A DNA stretch of 64,000 nucleotides from Rebecca billardiae RCC1528 (lineage: Eukaryota > Protista > Haptophyta). Position numbers and translations under genes: made by a program. The stretch lies in the NCBI GenBank assembly GCA_965240325.2, contig OZ251235.1, positions 2,046,001-2,110,000 on the forward strand. The letters run 5' to 3'. Shown here piece by piece: positions 22,949 to 36,129 of the stretch. Within the stretch, counting starts at the first letter, position 1. The number at the start of each line of letters is the position of its first letter. Below the pieces are notes generated by a model that was not told the DNA's origin, searched no databases, and saw only the letters and a program-made list of their open reading frames with translations.

Positions 22949-23919
22949 TGATATGCGATACTTTTATATATATATGTCTAGCCGTTCTCGAAGCGCCTGC
23001 GCCATCCAGATGCAGCGAGGAGGTGAGGCACACGCCGGACAGGGAGGAGCCACGCTGCGAGATGCCAGACTTTATATATACTACATTGTATCAGATGGGA
23101 TTTTTGTTCGTTCCTCGGAAACAACGTGCAAGCGGCAGCCAGCGCTCGGACCGATAGAGCGCGCGGCATGACGGGCAGCTCGACGCCGAGCGCGGTGTGA
23201 CAGATGGATCCGCAGACTGAGAGAGCGCGCAGCATGCTAAACCGAGGAACCGAGGTCGATGGGGCGCACCGCGCCGACACAGCGGCAAAAATGCCAGGCA
23301 ACAAGCTGTCAACGACAACAGCAGGGGCGGGCGGGCGGGGCAGCTTGGAAGACGCAGCCCGAGGGCCGCCAAGCCACACGAGAGCGAGGCACGAAGGACC
23401 ATGGCCATCGTGCACAGGGCGCATCGGAGCTGCAGGCCGCCGGAAACAGCTGCAGCCATCAGGACTGTGGGCGCTTCCGAAGGGCGTTCGCTGCGAGTGA
23501 GCGAGAGGCACGCAGCAGCTCATCGGTTGGCTCGGCGCCTGATGAAAAACCCAGTTCACCAATTGGCCGTCCTGACCGCCATGCCAACCTCGCCTATTAT
23601 TAGCCTAATAAGGCCCAGGAGCATGCAGCGCAGCGAGTAAGCCGTTCTAGGCAATCGTCCATGCGCACCGAGCAGGCTCGAAAGCCCTCGTGGCACGAGA
23701 AGAGGGTGGCTGAGATGGCAGCCGGACCTGAGCTCGGCCGCCCGTGGCTCATCAGGCCGAATGGCAGGCAGGTGTTGGTATGGCGCATTGCGCTCCCACC
23801 GTCCTCTTAGACAATTATAGTTATTGTGCCAGTTAATACCCCATAGGCGCGGACGCATTCTATGTGTCTGTTGCACTCTTGAGCCTGACGCTTGTCCGAT
23901 GCTGCCGCCACGTCGTTAA

Positions 23920-24033
<114 letters not shown>

Positions 24034-24142
24034 CTTACGACATATATATCAGACATATCATCAGTCTTACTTTTTATAAGTGAGTCTGCTGCGCGTTCGG
24101 TAATCGGTTCCTCAGGTAACCAGTGCACCCGAAAGTTGCTCG

Positions 24143-25966
24143 TCATCGCGGCGCCGATCGCGAGCCGGGCCCGTCAGGATTCAGCAGGGCTGGACACGCC
24201 CAGGAGCCTTTCTTCATCCCGCCGAAGCGCTGCAGCCGCATGCGCTGCATACACAGCCGCTTGCGCACGTCGGGCCCTTCGTCGCCGCCTTGCCGCCGCG
24301 CGTCCTCGCCGCCGAGCCGGAAGCTGTGTGCCAGGCGGTCGCAGCACGCAGAGTTGAGATTCACAATCTCCTGCCCGTGCAGGCACGCCATCTCGGAGAC
24401 CTTCAGGCCGTACCCGCCGCCGCCGTAGAAGAAGCGCTCGCCCGCGTGCAGCGCGTGCACCAGCTCGTCGTCCGGGTGCCCCCCCAGCCGCAGCGCGACG
24501 GTGGCGCCGCGCGCCTGGAAGTAGCGCCGGAGCGCGAGCACGTACAGGCACGACTTGGTCACACTCTCCTGGACGGCCGTTACGTAACGGCCGTCCCCAA
24601 GCTCCAGCGACCCGACGCCGCCGGCGTGTGCAGCGGCCATCAGCGTGAGGTTCTTGCCGGCCACGCAGTCCAAGCTCTGCAGCGGCAGCACGTACGCGTT
24701 CCACACCCGTGGACCCGCGCGCGGGTAGAAGTATGTCTGCTGCCGCAGCATCTGTGCGAGCGAGTCCGGGGCCTCGTCGATCACGTCGCCGATGCGCAGG
24801 TGGACAGTGCCTGCCGGCTGTGCGGGCGCGCGGCGGGTGGCGCGGGTGGTATCGGGCTGCAGGCGGAGGCTCGCGAGCCGATACAGCGCGCGGTGGTCGG
24901 CCCAGCTCCCCGCCCACGACGGCGCGCTCCGATTGTGCCACGCCTCGAGCTGCGCTACGATGAACTCGGCCGCCAGCGAGCCGTTGAAGTCCGCGCACAC
25001 GCGGCCGCAAGTGCGGTTCTTCCAGGGGAAGTCCTTTGCGATGAAGTCAGAAAGGCGATAGCGCTCCCAGCCGCTGGGCGGGCGGAAGCGGCGCAGGAAC
25101 GCCTCGTCGTAGCACGGCGCGCTCTCTCGCTGCACCCGCGCGGCGGTGGCGCACTCGGCGGCGACGTCGGGCCAGCCAGGCGGTCGCTGCGCGCCGAGCG
25201 CACACGGCAGTGAGGTGTTGCCGCGGAGGGACCGTGTCTGGTAGCCGCCGTCGGCGAGCGCGCGCCAGCGCTTTGAGCGGCCAGACCGGGCGAAGGCGAG
25301 TGTGCCCGGGTGGATGAAGCTCAGCAGCTCCCTCCCCGAAAGCACGACCTCCTGGCCGACGCCGCAGCACGAGGCGGCAAAGGAGCACGCGCACGCGAAC
25401 GCTGAGCGTTCCGTGCTGCGCAGCAATATTCCGACGTGCTTCAGCCACGCAGGCGCGAGGCCGGTGGGCGAGCCGAGCTCGGCGACGATGCGCACGTCCA
25501 CGCGTGCCAGCGACGCCGCGCTCATCAGCGCACGCAGCGGCCCGATTTGGCTCGGGCACCTGAACGCGATGACGCTGGGCTGTGTCGCATTCGCTCCGCC
25601 CCGCCACGACCGGATATGTGCAGGAAAGCTGAGGAGGCGTCGCGAGAGCTGCGAGGGCGAGACGTCCTGCTCGGCGAACGCGCTGGAAAACCTGGTCACG
25701 TAGTCGGGCACCCACGCGCACGCGTCGCACTCCGTCATCAGCTGCACCCAAATTCGCACAGCGTCGGTGAGCACGCACACGTATCGGTGCCGCAGGGAGT
25801 AGAATGCCTTCGGGGCGCGGTGAGCGTCGTACACGTCAGGGTCCGCCGCGAGCTTTGCCGGGTCGGCCCCCGTCGGCCTGGGGTCAGCGGGGGCGACCCC
25901 TTGCAGTCCCCACGAGATGCAGAGCGCGGCGATGACACCCGCGCCTCGACCAGCTCGCGCGGCCAT
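24143..25966 (-). CDS. Putative glycosyltransferase (fucosyltransferase-like C-terminal domain)
   Basis: Signal/anchor near the N-terminus; VHLRIGD (HxRxxD), PDDELVH and YGGGGYG motifs. Alternative ATG at 26026. Confidence 0.55.
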   Translation of the reverse strand: MAARAGRGAGVIAALCISWGLQGVAPADPRPTGADPAKLAADPDVYDAHRAPKAFYSLRHRYVCVLTDAVRIWVQLMTECDACAWVPDYVTRFSSAFAEQDVSPSQLSRRLLSFPAHIRSWRGGANATQPSVIAFRCPSQIGPLRALMSAASLARVDVRIVAELGSPTGLAPAWLKHVGILLRSTERSAFACACSFAASCCGVGQEVVLSGRELLSFIHPGTLAFARSGRSKRWRALADGGYQTRSLRGNTSLPCALGAQRPPGWPDVAAECATAARVQRESAPCYDEAFLRRFRPPSGWERYRLSDFIAKDFPWKNRTCGRVCADFNGSLAAEFIVAQLEAWHNRSAPSWAGSWADHRALYRLASLRLQPDTTRATRRAPAQPAGTVHLRIGDVIDEAPDSLAQMLRQQTYFYPRAGPRVWNAYVLPLQSLDCVAGKNLTLMAAAHAGGVGSLELGDGRYVTAVQESVTKSCLYVLALRRYFQARGATVALRLGGHPDDELVHALHAGERFFYGGGGYGLKVSEMACLHGQEIVNLNSACCDRLAHSFRLGGEDARRQGGDEGPDVRKRLCMQRMRLQRFGGMKKGSWACPALLNPDGPGSRSAPR

Positions 25967-26637
25967 GAGTGACGAGCCTACAGGGGGTCCCAGATCGGAA
26001 GTTTCCCACTTCGGAAAGGAAGCCATGGCGGGCGTCTGATGCCCGTCCCACGGCAACCCAGCGCCATGGCCGGGTCACCGGGGCGTGGCGTAGGCAGGTT
26101 GGTGCGGTCGTACGAGCGCATGAGCATGAGTGACAGCTTCCTTTCCGACTTTTCGACCACTCTCACGTCCACGTCCACGTCCTCGTGCGACCGGCGCGCG
26201 CGTGAGGCTGCGCATGGGAAGAATGGGAAGTAGGGGCCAGGATCACTGTTCCGACGGCCATGCCGACCTCTTTGGTATGCCTTGCGACGGTGCAGACCAG
26301 TCAATGTTCCGTCTGACCCAACAAACCGCGAGTCTGACGATCAATGTTGACTGCGCGGTAGTCGTGCGACCGCCGTCCGACACGGCTGCCGTGCGAATAC
26401 GTGTGCAGCGTGTGCGCGCCTGTCAACGGCGAGGCGATCATCGACCGACATGGCTAGCGAGCTGATCAGGACTAGTAACAACCTTGTCTGGGACCACGCC
26501 ACGCCATTTGGCGACCTCGCCACCGCGCAATGCCCGTCCAGAGGCACGGACGTGCCCGCGCACTACCTGGCCAGCCACCGCCAAAGTGGGGCCCACCATC
26601 TGGACCCCCTGTACGGTACTACAGGTACGGTTCGGTA

Positions 26638-27122
26638 CAGGCAATCGCGGGCAATAAGGAGCGATTGGCTGGCTCGCTATACACATAGTCACACTAAGAA
26701 ACCGGGACTACGTCGTCGCGGCTGACGTCTGACGAGTGGTCCGCCGAGGCGCAGTGCCCGTGGGACGCGACGCGCAGCGCGACTACGAGTACAGGCCAAG
26801 TGCCGACTTCTCCTGCCGACTGACTCCTGGCCAGTGCAGCTGAGTCACTCAGTGAGTGCACCGCAGCATCCATGCAACATCATGCCAGATTTGCTCCGGC
26901 AAAATGGCCCAAAAGTTTCGTCGGCCTCTCCGGCCGGGCCTAAATCTGACTCAGCGGGGGGCTCTGGCACCCCCCTGCGCCCCCCACGCCTGCGCGGCGG
27001 GCGGACCTAGCTAAGAAACTGAGACTCCGTAGGCGCTCGGGCTACCGAACGGCTAAGAAACCGAGACTAGCCGTGAGATCTCTGACGACTTCTTATTGCC
27101 CGCGCCGATTGGCGATTGCCTG
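26638..27122. mobile_element. MITE copy 2, Tc1/mariner-type (TA duplication)
   Basis: TA|CAGGCAATCGCGGGCAATAAG ... CTTATTGCCCGCG[9-nt insertion]ATTGCCTG|TA; second copy at ~6950-7598. Confidence 0.8.
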
Positions 27123-27136
27123 TACTCAGATGTCCG

Positions 27137-27186
27137 ATATATATGATATATATATATATATCATATATATATATATATATATATAT

Positions 27187-27253
<67 letters not shown>
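27137..27253. repeat. (AT)n microsatellite
   Basis: Direct reading. Confidence 0.95.
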
Positions 27254-27255
<2 letters not shown>

Positions 27256-27428
27256 CTGGGACGCAGGGCGGGCGCGGGGCGCAGCTTACCGCAGTTACAG
27301 TTTATAATAAATATTTGCTTTAAGAGCATACTGTTTTAACGTGCGTAAGGCTCACGGTGGCAGGTTGCCGCGCCATCCTTTATCGCACGCTCTCCGAAGA
27401 GTAGAGACCTGGAAACTGGTTATAGCGC

Positions 27429-27462
<34 letters not shown>

Positions 27463-27484
27463 TATAAAGCCTGCGCTAATATAT

Positions 27485-30400
27485 CACAGCGCAGGATTCC
27501 GGGAAAAGATGTCGTAAGCCCCCCCCGCCGCGCGCGGAAATTCAGTATGGCTGCCGACGACGCGGCGAGGGCGCGGCGACGCGCGCGCGCGATCCCGGAC
27601 GACTCGAATGAATTTCCAAACCGGCGCTGGGCAGGCCCCAGCCATCGCTCGTCGCGTTTTGGCCGTGTTGCAACTGGCCCGCGGAGCAGCCGACGAGCAA
27701 CGTTGTCAGCCGGTGAGGCGCTCGTGCACGCGACTCAGATGTGCCCACTGCATGCACTGGCCAAGACTTGGGCGTGGATATGTGCGAGACGTACCAAGTG
27801 TCTCAGCCAGCCACCGTGTACCACGGACAGGCCTGGCTCAGGGCCCTGCCGAATTGATTTCAGCGTCGCGATGAGCTGCGCGGTGATCGCTGCTCGGCTC
27901 TGGCAGCCAGTTGGTTCCACGTCCTCGTCAACGCCGGCTCATCTGCGTGGTGGAGAGCTTCTTAAGGGCACGTTCGTGGTCAACGGATGCGCATGAGCCT
28001 GTAGGGCCCCTTCGTCCGTCTCGCCCCGCCGTTCAAGCGCTCTGGCCCTGTTCGCGCTCGTGCTTGCACTCGTCGGCAAAGGAGCCATTGCCAAGGTGAT
28101 CGTGCACGTGTGCGCGCGCGCGATGCGGCGCACGAGGCTGACCCTCGCGATGATATTCTAGCTGCGGCCCTGCAATTAGGCCGAACTCTGAACTCACCGT
28201 CAATGCGTGCCGTCCATCGCGTGCTCCGCAGGTTCGCAATCACTCGCGGCAGCGGTGAATGCAGCACTCAATCCGTGATTGCGGTAGCGTGGAGCATCTG
28301 CTCGTCTCGGCTGAGCTCCGCTCGGGACAGAGGGCGAACTCACGATGGACGAAGCTGGACACGTCCAGGTGAGCGTACGCAGGTAGCCACCGTTGCGTGC
28401 GACAGCCCCGACCAACCCGCTCCAGCCGCTGTCGGCCCGAGAAGAGCCCTGCCGCGGCGCAGACGATACGCGCTGCGGCGGGCGCTCTGCCTTGCTCAGC
28501 TTGCGACTCGCCTGGCTCCTGCCTCACATGGCGGTGGGCGCGCCCAATACGCGCAGCAGGCGGGTCGGCGCAGGTGGCCTGTCGCCTCTGGCATCGCCCA
28601 AGCTGGCAGCCCTGCCACCGCCCCATCAGCCCGCCTTCGGCGCTGGCCGTCGGCGGCGGGCCACACGCGCGGCAGTGGGCCACCGCTGGCCGCGCTCGCG
28701 CGAGCGCGCAGCAGGTGGCTCGTCAGCGTCGGCGGTCTGCCGCTGCAGCCCGCCTTCGAGCGGTCTGCCACGCCACCGCAGCACTGCGCGCCGTCGACGC
28801 TGGCGGCCAGCTTCTGCCCAACAGAGCTCAGGTCGGCACGCCGCCGTTGATGGCACTGGGTCTGGAGTGGTCGTCGTCGACGCGGGCGACGGTGGGCGCG
28901 GTGGAGGCTACGGCGCGATTGGCGGCGCCGCTGCCGAGCGAGGCGGGCGGGCTCGCGCTGGCGGCAGACTGTGACCGTGACTGCCGGATGGCGCGGCGGG
29001 CTCGGCGGCCGAGTCGGCGGCGCCGCCGCACGGCGATGGCAGCGGCGCGGTCCGCGCCTGCGCGCGGCCGTCGTCATTCATATCCGCGCAGTCGCGCACC
29101 GTCAGCGGCCGCGGGCCGCGCCGTGCTCGGTGCTGCGCGCGTGATTCGTCGTGTCTCGTGAACGTCGTCAGTCTCAGCAGTCGGACGACGTGCCAGCACG
29201 CTGACACAGACTATACCTGACTCTGACGACCTGACGGCTGATTTATGCCGCTGCCCGGCCGCCGCCGGCTGGCCCGCGTGGCTCGGCCGGCATCGTGGCC
29301 CCGGCCGGCGGGCCGCGTCGCCAGCGCGCCGCCCGCGGCCGCGGCCGCGCGGGGCCGGGAACCGTGGGCAGTGCGTGTGGCTGCGCCAGCGGCAGCGGGT
29401 CGTCATCTGCGGTGCCAGTGCGCGACTTATTAGCGGATGCGCTCATCAGCAGTGACGACCTGGGCGAGTCTTGAGTCTGATGATCGACGACGAGTCTGGT
29501 CGGGTGCTGACGACTATACTAATAATCCGCGGCGCGTCGACAGCTTCCCTCCGCGCCGAGCCGAGTGCCTGAGTGATTACCGCGGTGCCCGAGTCACTAC
29601 TGAGCCGAGTCACACCTGGGTGCCGAAGTCGTAGGCGCGGCGAGCACGCAAGCATGCGATGCGTCTTGTCCACCGCCCGGCCTGCGTGCGCCATCGCCGT
29701 CTTTGCGCGGCCGACTCGAGCTGTCTGCTGCGCGGTCGCACGACCAGCATGGCCGCCTCGCTGCTAGAGCCAGACCGGTGCAGCACCACGGCAAGTGTGC
29801 TCGCACAACACTCGCAACGATCGAGTGCGGCGATGGGCGAGCTGCGCCTTGGGTATGGCTGCGACGTTGAAGAGAGTGCCGTGCCCCATCACAGCCCTCG
29901 TGCCGAGGTACACGCGCCCGTGAATATGCGCGCTCTCGGTCATCGGCATCTCCGCGCGCTCGAGACAGCGGATGCGCTGGCCGAGACCGGATGGACGTGT
30001 GCAGCCAGGGCTCCGTCAGCTGCAAGTTGTCAACTGCGCGCACGACACGCGGGTTTCGGGCGAGAATTGTCCATAAGTCGGTGATGCTCTTGCCATGGCA
30101 GATGCGCCGCATGCCGTCCAGCGCATCGTCGCCGAGCCGAGGGGTCGCTGCGCGCGCCACGACGGTCGAGCGACTGCCGCTGATCATCAGGTGTAGGCGC
30201 CCATGGCACGTGCGCGCGTCCACGCGGTGCAGCGAGTGCCCAAGGTGCGCCGAATGGCCCGATCGAGGCGGGGTGCACTCCTCTGGAGGGTACGTCACTG
30301 CTCAGCCGCAGAGCCGCGGGCAGCTCGTTCGTCTCCACCCCGTCCCACCGTCAGGTACTCGCTCGACTTGATCGTCGACTCGTCGCTCTGCAGCAGCGCA

Positions 30401-31082
30401 GCTGTGTTGCGCACGCGTCTGGAACCAGCACGCATGGTCTTGGTGCCGGTTGGCGTCGATATACCAGAGCCCACATCACGTGATATGCGCCGCACCAGTC
30501 GTTGCCCGCCAGGCCCTCATCCGGCTTCGCCATGGCCTGCGCGACGGTCGGTCGGATCGCGGCGAGCGGTTGGGCGGGGGTGGGGTCACTCGACGTTTGT
30601 GTCGTGCTTCGTGCAGTTTTTGCGCTGTAGGGCGCGCGGACCACGGCAATCGCATGGCAGCCCTGACCCCAGCAACAACCACTTATTCACCGAACCCCGC
30701 CAGATACCAGCTTCTCGCGCCGCGCGTGTCGCAAGCCGCACACCAGCCATTTCTCGAGCGGTCGGTGCACGCGTGGGCACATTGGCCGATCGACGAGCCG
30801 GTGGCGAGCCTCTACCGCGGGGTAGTAGTGGGGAACACAACCGCACACATGCACATCAACAGCGATCGATCGAACGCGCCGGCGCTGGTCGGCATCGCCG
30901 CCGTCTTCGCTCGCCCCAGGGTCGAGAAGCCCGTCGGGAGCGCACTTTCGCGCGACGCCGCCGTCCGAACGCGCCTCGTCGCGACCGTTCGGGCGACCGG
31001 AGGCCATTTCGGGCTAGACCATTTTCGGCGATTTTCCCGGATATTACCTTACGACACTGGAAAATCGGATCCCTGCGCTGTG
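27485..31082. mobile_element. 3.6-kb CAC-terminal DNA transposon remnant (CMC/Transib-like), no intact transposase seen
   Basis: Both ends read CACAGCGCAGG..TCCG......TGTCGTAAG in inverted orientation; TATAT on both flanks. Confidence 0.65.
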
Positions 31083-31361
31083 TATATTAGTCGCGTCGTA
31101 GTACCGTTAATGATTCTGATGCAGCCGCGTTACGAGTGCCATTCCCGCAGTATGCCGCGCCGCTGCTGTGACGATCGACTCACGACTCTGTCGGACCGAG
31201 TGAGCGACTGGCACGGCGTGCCGACCGACACTGACATCACACGTAAGTCATCGGCGGAGTAACGTTTCGCAAGCTAATAACGCTTCATGAGTGCAGTCAT
31301 CGCACTCGTTGCCGGCCTGCCGCGCTGGCTGAGCTGGACCGCCCACTGCACTTGTTCGGGC

Positions 31362-32854
31362 TCAGATGGCCGTGGTTGGGTTGAGAGAGGAGAGCTCGAT
31401 GTCCTGCGTGCTGTAGAACTCAGCCAGCAGTCGGTAAATGTACGACGCGTGCGTGCCGCCACTGCGCAGGTGGCACCATCCGGCGTGCACGCCGCCGGGC
31501 GCGCGGTGTGTGGAGTGCGTGAGCGGAGGGTCTGCGGGAGGCCGCCGCCGAGCGGGCGCAGCGCGCGCACATATTCGTGATGAAGAGCGAGATCAGCTCG
31601 GGCGCGATGTAGTCGAACGCCGGGCTCGGCGAGTCCGCGGCGAACACGCCCGCGCCCGCGCATTCCCGGCCGGTCGAGTGCGGCTGCCGCGCGCCCTCCG
31701 CGGGCGCACCGTGCTCGTCAGCGCGCGCGCTCGCGTCGAGCTCAAGCGCAGCCGTGTCCTCGTAGGCGAGCACAGACGCGGGCGAGAGGAGCACGTTGAA
31801 GTCGTCCGCGTCGGACGGGAAGATGGGCGTGAGCTGCGGGATGCCCGCGCACACGACGAACGGCACCGAGTGGTGCTGCGCCGCGAGCGCGACCGCGTGT
31901 GCGCCCGCGGGTGCCAGCAGCCCGCCGTCCGCCATCACGGCGTGTGTGCCGATGATCACCTTGTTGATGCGCGCCATGAGCGCGAAGACGGCGGCGTCGG
32001 TGATCAGGGTCGCCTGTATGCCCGCCTCGGACAGCCGCCGCGCCGTGTCCGCACCCTCGTAAGAAGGGGCCGTGTCCGCCACGATCACCTCGAACGGGCG
32101 CTCCGTGCGCGCCACCCGCTTGAGGAACGCCTCGACGATGCGCGAGCGGCCGAGGGTGAGGATCACCTCGCGCGCGTGGATGTGCTCGGGGGCCTGCTCG
32201 GCGATGTTGACGACGAGCGTGCTCAGCTCGTCGATCAGCTCGTTCACCCCGTCGATGATCGGCTGCTTGATGTCGTGCACCGCGCCGCCCGCCAGGCCGC
32301 CACTCGCGCCGCGCGTCGCGTCATTAGGCCGCATGTCCGCAGCCAGCAGGTTGTGAAGCGACGGCGCGGTGGAGAAGGTGGCGGGCGGCTGCGACGACGG
32401 GGTCGTGGGCTGCAGGGCGTGCGCGGCGCCGGCATCGCCCCGTCCGCGCTCCTGCTCGCGCGCGAGCCCGTCTATCTCCTCGCGCACGATGTGCAGCACG
32501 CGCCGCACAATGTTGCCGATGCAAAGCTCCTGCGGAGCCGCACGAACCAGCTCGGCGCCGACTGCCTGAAGCCGCTCGATGAGCTGCGCGGGGGTCTGCC
32601 AGCGCGTCTGCACGACCACGCTTCGCATCAGCTCGGCTGTACGCGGCGCCGTCTGGTGGAAGCCCGAGAGCTGCCTGCGCATCGGACGGCGCGCGCGCAA
32701 ACGAGCCGCAGCGCGCGTGCCAGGGCGCGCGTGAGCTGCGAGTCGGCGCGATGGGCAGCGCGCCCTGCTGCGGCCGGGCGCCAACAGCGGCGTACCGTCG
32801 CTTCAGCTTGGTCGTCAAGACGGCGATCTCACGGTCCAGCGCAGCCGATGACAT
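31362..32854 (-). CDS. EIF2B2: Translation initiation factor eIF2B subunit beta
   Basis: ELCIGNIVRRVLHIVREE, EHIHAREVILTLG, DAAVFALMARINKVIIG and FDYIAPELISLFITN. Introns 32795-32675 and 31570-31462 give the C-terminus GGTHASYIYRLLAEFYS. Confidence 0.95.
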
Positions 32855-33789
32855 GTCGACGGCGACGAGTCTACGACCACGAGGGCGTGCACGGGTACGA
32901 TGGCGGAAGCAATGGCGACGATGGCGGCTCCTCACCAGAACCCCAGCCCCCAAGGCTTGAGGTCCAGTAAGGTCTGGCGTTTGCCACTGGCGACTGCACA
33001 CGGCAACAGGGGCGTTTGCGCCCTGTTGTCGTGTGCACACTGGGGCGCAAAAGGGGTCACCCTCAGGGGGTTTCGCACTGCTGTTGCCGTGTGCACCGGC
33101 CCGCTGTGGCCGTGCACACGGCAACAGGGCGCAAACGGCCCTGTTGCCGTGTGCAGGCGTGCATGGCTTGCGATGGCAGCCAGCCGTCAGCAGGGCGCCA
33201 CGCCCACTGTTCGTTGGTAGGCTGGCCCGATGGCGTCGCGGAGCTCACGCGTACGGGGGAGGAGGGCATCGACGAGGAGACGACCAAGGGCGAGAAGCAG
33301 CAGGGGGCACGCAGCACGGGGCTCGGAGCATGCCGCGAGCACGCGTGCCTCCACACCGTCGCACATCAACCTTGCTCGTAGCTGTGCGCTGTGCTGCCAC
33401 TCATCTCACCATCGCCCATGCTACGGGCGCGGCCGGGTGGTGGGCATCTACCTGTCGGCGCAGCACTGGCACCGGTGGTCGCCAGACACTCCTCGACTTG
33501 CTCTGCGCGTCACAGCAAGGAGACGGCAGCGGCACAGCTGTGTGAGCTCGCAGATGAAGTGCTCCTCTGCTTTGCGAGGCTGAGAGGCTGAGCACGCGTG
33601 GCGAGCGCTGGCATTCCCCCGCATTCATGAGACCAACAGGTACATAGCCGTGCCCAGGAGCGCAGGACCAACCGCCGGGTGCTGCTTCAAACACCTGCGC
33701 CCCACTCTGCCGGCAGAATGAGGGGCGCTCTACTCTATGCTGCACGCGGCAGCAGCAGCTGGGCCGCTGGGATGGTCCTGCACGGATGA

Positions 33790-35360
33790 CGGCGGTCGCC
33801 GCGGCTGACAGCTTGGTGTCACTGGTTCGAAGGGCCTGGACGACGGACGCGCCGAGCGTGGTGACGCTGCTCGATGCGCCCACGGCACTGCCAAGCGCGC
33901 TGGAGCCGCTGCCTCGAGCACTACTGTGCCCGCGCCCAGCTTGGGCAGCAGCAGCTGCGCTCAACTCCACGCCGCGTGCCGTGGCAGCAGCAGGGATGGT
34001 GCCACGGCGGCCGGCGGCGGTCGACGGAGCTGTCGGCTCGGCGGTGCACGCCCGAGGGGCCTGGGCGCTGGGCGCACCGAACGCGGTGCCGCTGCTCGCC
34101 TCGCCCATGGCGCTGGAGCCGCTGCCATCCGACGCTGCTGCGCCCGCGCCCAGCTTGGGCAGCAGCGGCTGCGCTCGACTCCGCGCAGAGTGCGGCGGCA
34201 GCAGCAGGGATGGTGCTACGGTGGGCGACGACGGTCGCTAGAGCTGAAAGCTCGGCGGTGCGCGCCCGAGGGGCGTAGGCGCTGGACGCACCGAACGCGG
34301 TGCCGCTGCTCGCCTCGCCCATGGCGCTCGAGCCGCTGCCATCCGACGCTGCTGCGCACGCGCCAAGCTTGGGCAGCAGCGGCTGCGCTCGACTCCGCGC
34401 AGAGTGCGGCGGCAGCAGCAGGGATGGTGCTACAGTGGGCGACGACGGTCGCTAGAGCTGAAAGCTCGGCGGTGCGCGCCCGAGGGGCCTGGGTGGTGGG
34501 CGCACCGAACGCGGTGCCGCTGCTCGCCTCGCCCATGGCGCTCGAGCCGCTGCCATCCGACGCTGCTGCGCACGCGCCAAGCTTGGGCAGCAGCGGCTGC
34601 GCTCGACTCCGCGCAGAGTGCGGCGGCAGCAGCAGGGATGGTGCTACGGTGGGCGACGACGGTCGCTAGAGCTGAAAGCTCGGCGGTGCGCGCCTGAGGG
34701 GCCTGGGCGCTGGGCGCACCGAACGCGGTGCCGCTGCTCGCCTCGCCCATGGCGCTGGAGCCGCTGCCATCCGACGCTGCTGCGCCCGCGCCAAGCTTGG
34801 GCAGCAGCGGCTGCGCTCGACTCCGCGCAGAGTGCGGCGGCAGCAGCAGGGATGGTGCCACGGCGGGCGGCGGCGGTCGACGGAGCTGTCAGCTCGGTGG
34901 TGCACGTCCGAGGGGCGTAGGCGCTGGACGCACCGAACGCGGTGCCGCTGCTCGCCTCGCCCATGGCGCTGGAGCCGCTGCCATCCGACGCTGCTGCGCC
35001 CGCGCCAAGCTTGGGCAGCAGCGGCTGCGCTCGACTCCGCGCCGCGTGGGGCGGCAGCAGCAGGGATGGTGCTACGGTGGGCGACGACGGTCGCTAGAGC
35101 TGAAAGCTCGGCGGTGTGCGCCTGAGGGGCCTGGGCGGTGGGTGCATTGAGCGCGCTGACGCCTCTCGCCTCGCCCGGCGCGCTCGAGCCGCTGCCATCC
35201 GATGCTGCCGCGCCCGCGCCCTGTCGCGCCGAGTGCGGCTGCAGCATCAGGGATGGCGCCACGGCGGGCGGGCGGCGGTGCATGCAGCTAGCAGCTCGGT
35301 GCTGCACGCGCGAGGGGCCTGGGCGGCAGACGCGCGCAATGCAGTGACGCTGATGCACGC
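33790..35360 (+). repeat. 214-bp GC-rich satellite array 1 (~7 units)
   Basis: Identical motifs recur every 214 bp (e.g. ORF starts 34322, 34536, 34964). Confidence 0.95.
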
Positions 35361-36129
35361 GTCAGGCGCGCTGGCCAGCCCCCGGAGCTGTTGCTACGAC
35401 ACTTCTTCTGTCCTGCTGCGAGCCGAGCCGCCAGCAGGTTCCGGGGCGGCGGGCAATGCCGGTCAGCTCATATTCATAAGGCCGGCGGCGCAGACCAGTC
35501 GTAGCCCGGCAGGTAGGCGATGCAGAAGTTATCAGCAGCATATCATGCATCGTCATCACTACATCAGCATCCGCCTATAGACGAGTACTACGTAGTATAG
35601 AACTGCTCTTTATCCGACTAGCCGTTCAGAGCGCGCGCAGTATATACTCCGACTATATACCGGTCGATGCATTATAGCCAGCCCCGGGGCGGCGGCTGTC
35701 CGACACTCTGCCGTCATGTGCGTATATAAGTGACTCTTACTCCACCTAGCGGTCTATCCGGATCGGTACCCTGGCGGCGGTGTTGTCGTCTGTCCGCCGT
35801 CACAGCCTGACTCGCGCGCGTAGCTAGTCACTTATCAGTGATGTGATGGTCTCGTCGTCTGCGTCCGGACCGTGTCGACGACAAGTCGTGCTGGGCCCGG
35901 CGGCTCACAGTGTAATAAGTTAGTAGTAGCTAACTCATATCAATGCAAGAGCATCAGTAGTGAGCAGCAGCAGTAGCAGCTCGACTGCTGGCGTCATCAC
36001 CGTGCTACACTCCGGCGCGACACGGTCACGGTCAGCTGGTCAGCATCAGTCCGTATACTTACGCCGGGACCGTAGTACTGTAGTTGAGTACGTAGTATAC
36101 GTAGTTTTAACGACGCGACCGGTCGGCGC

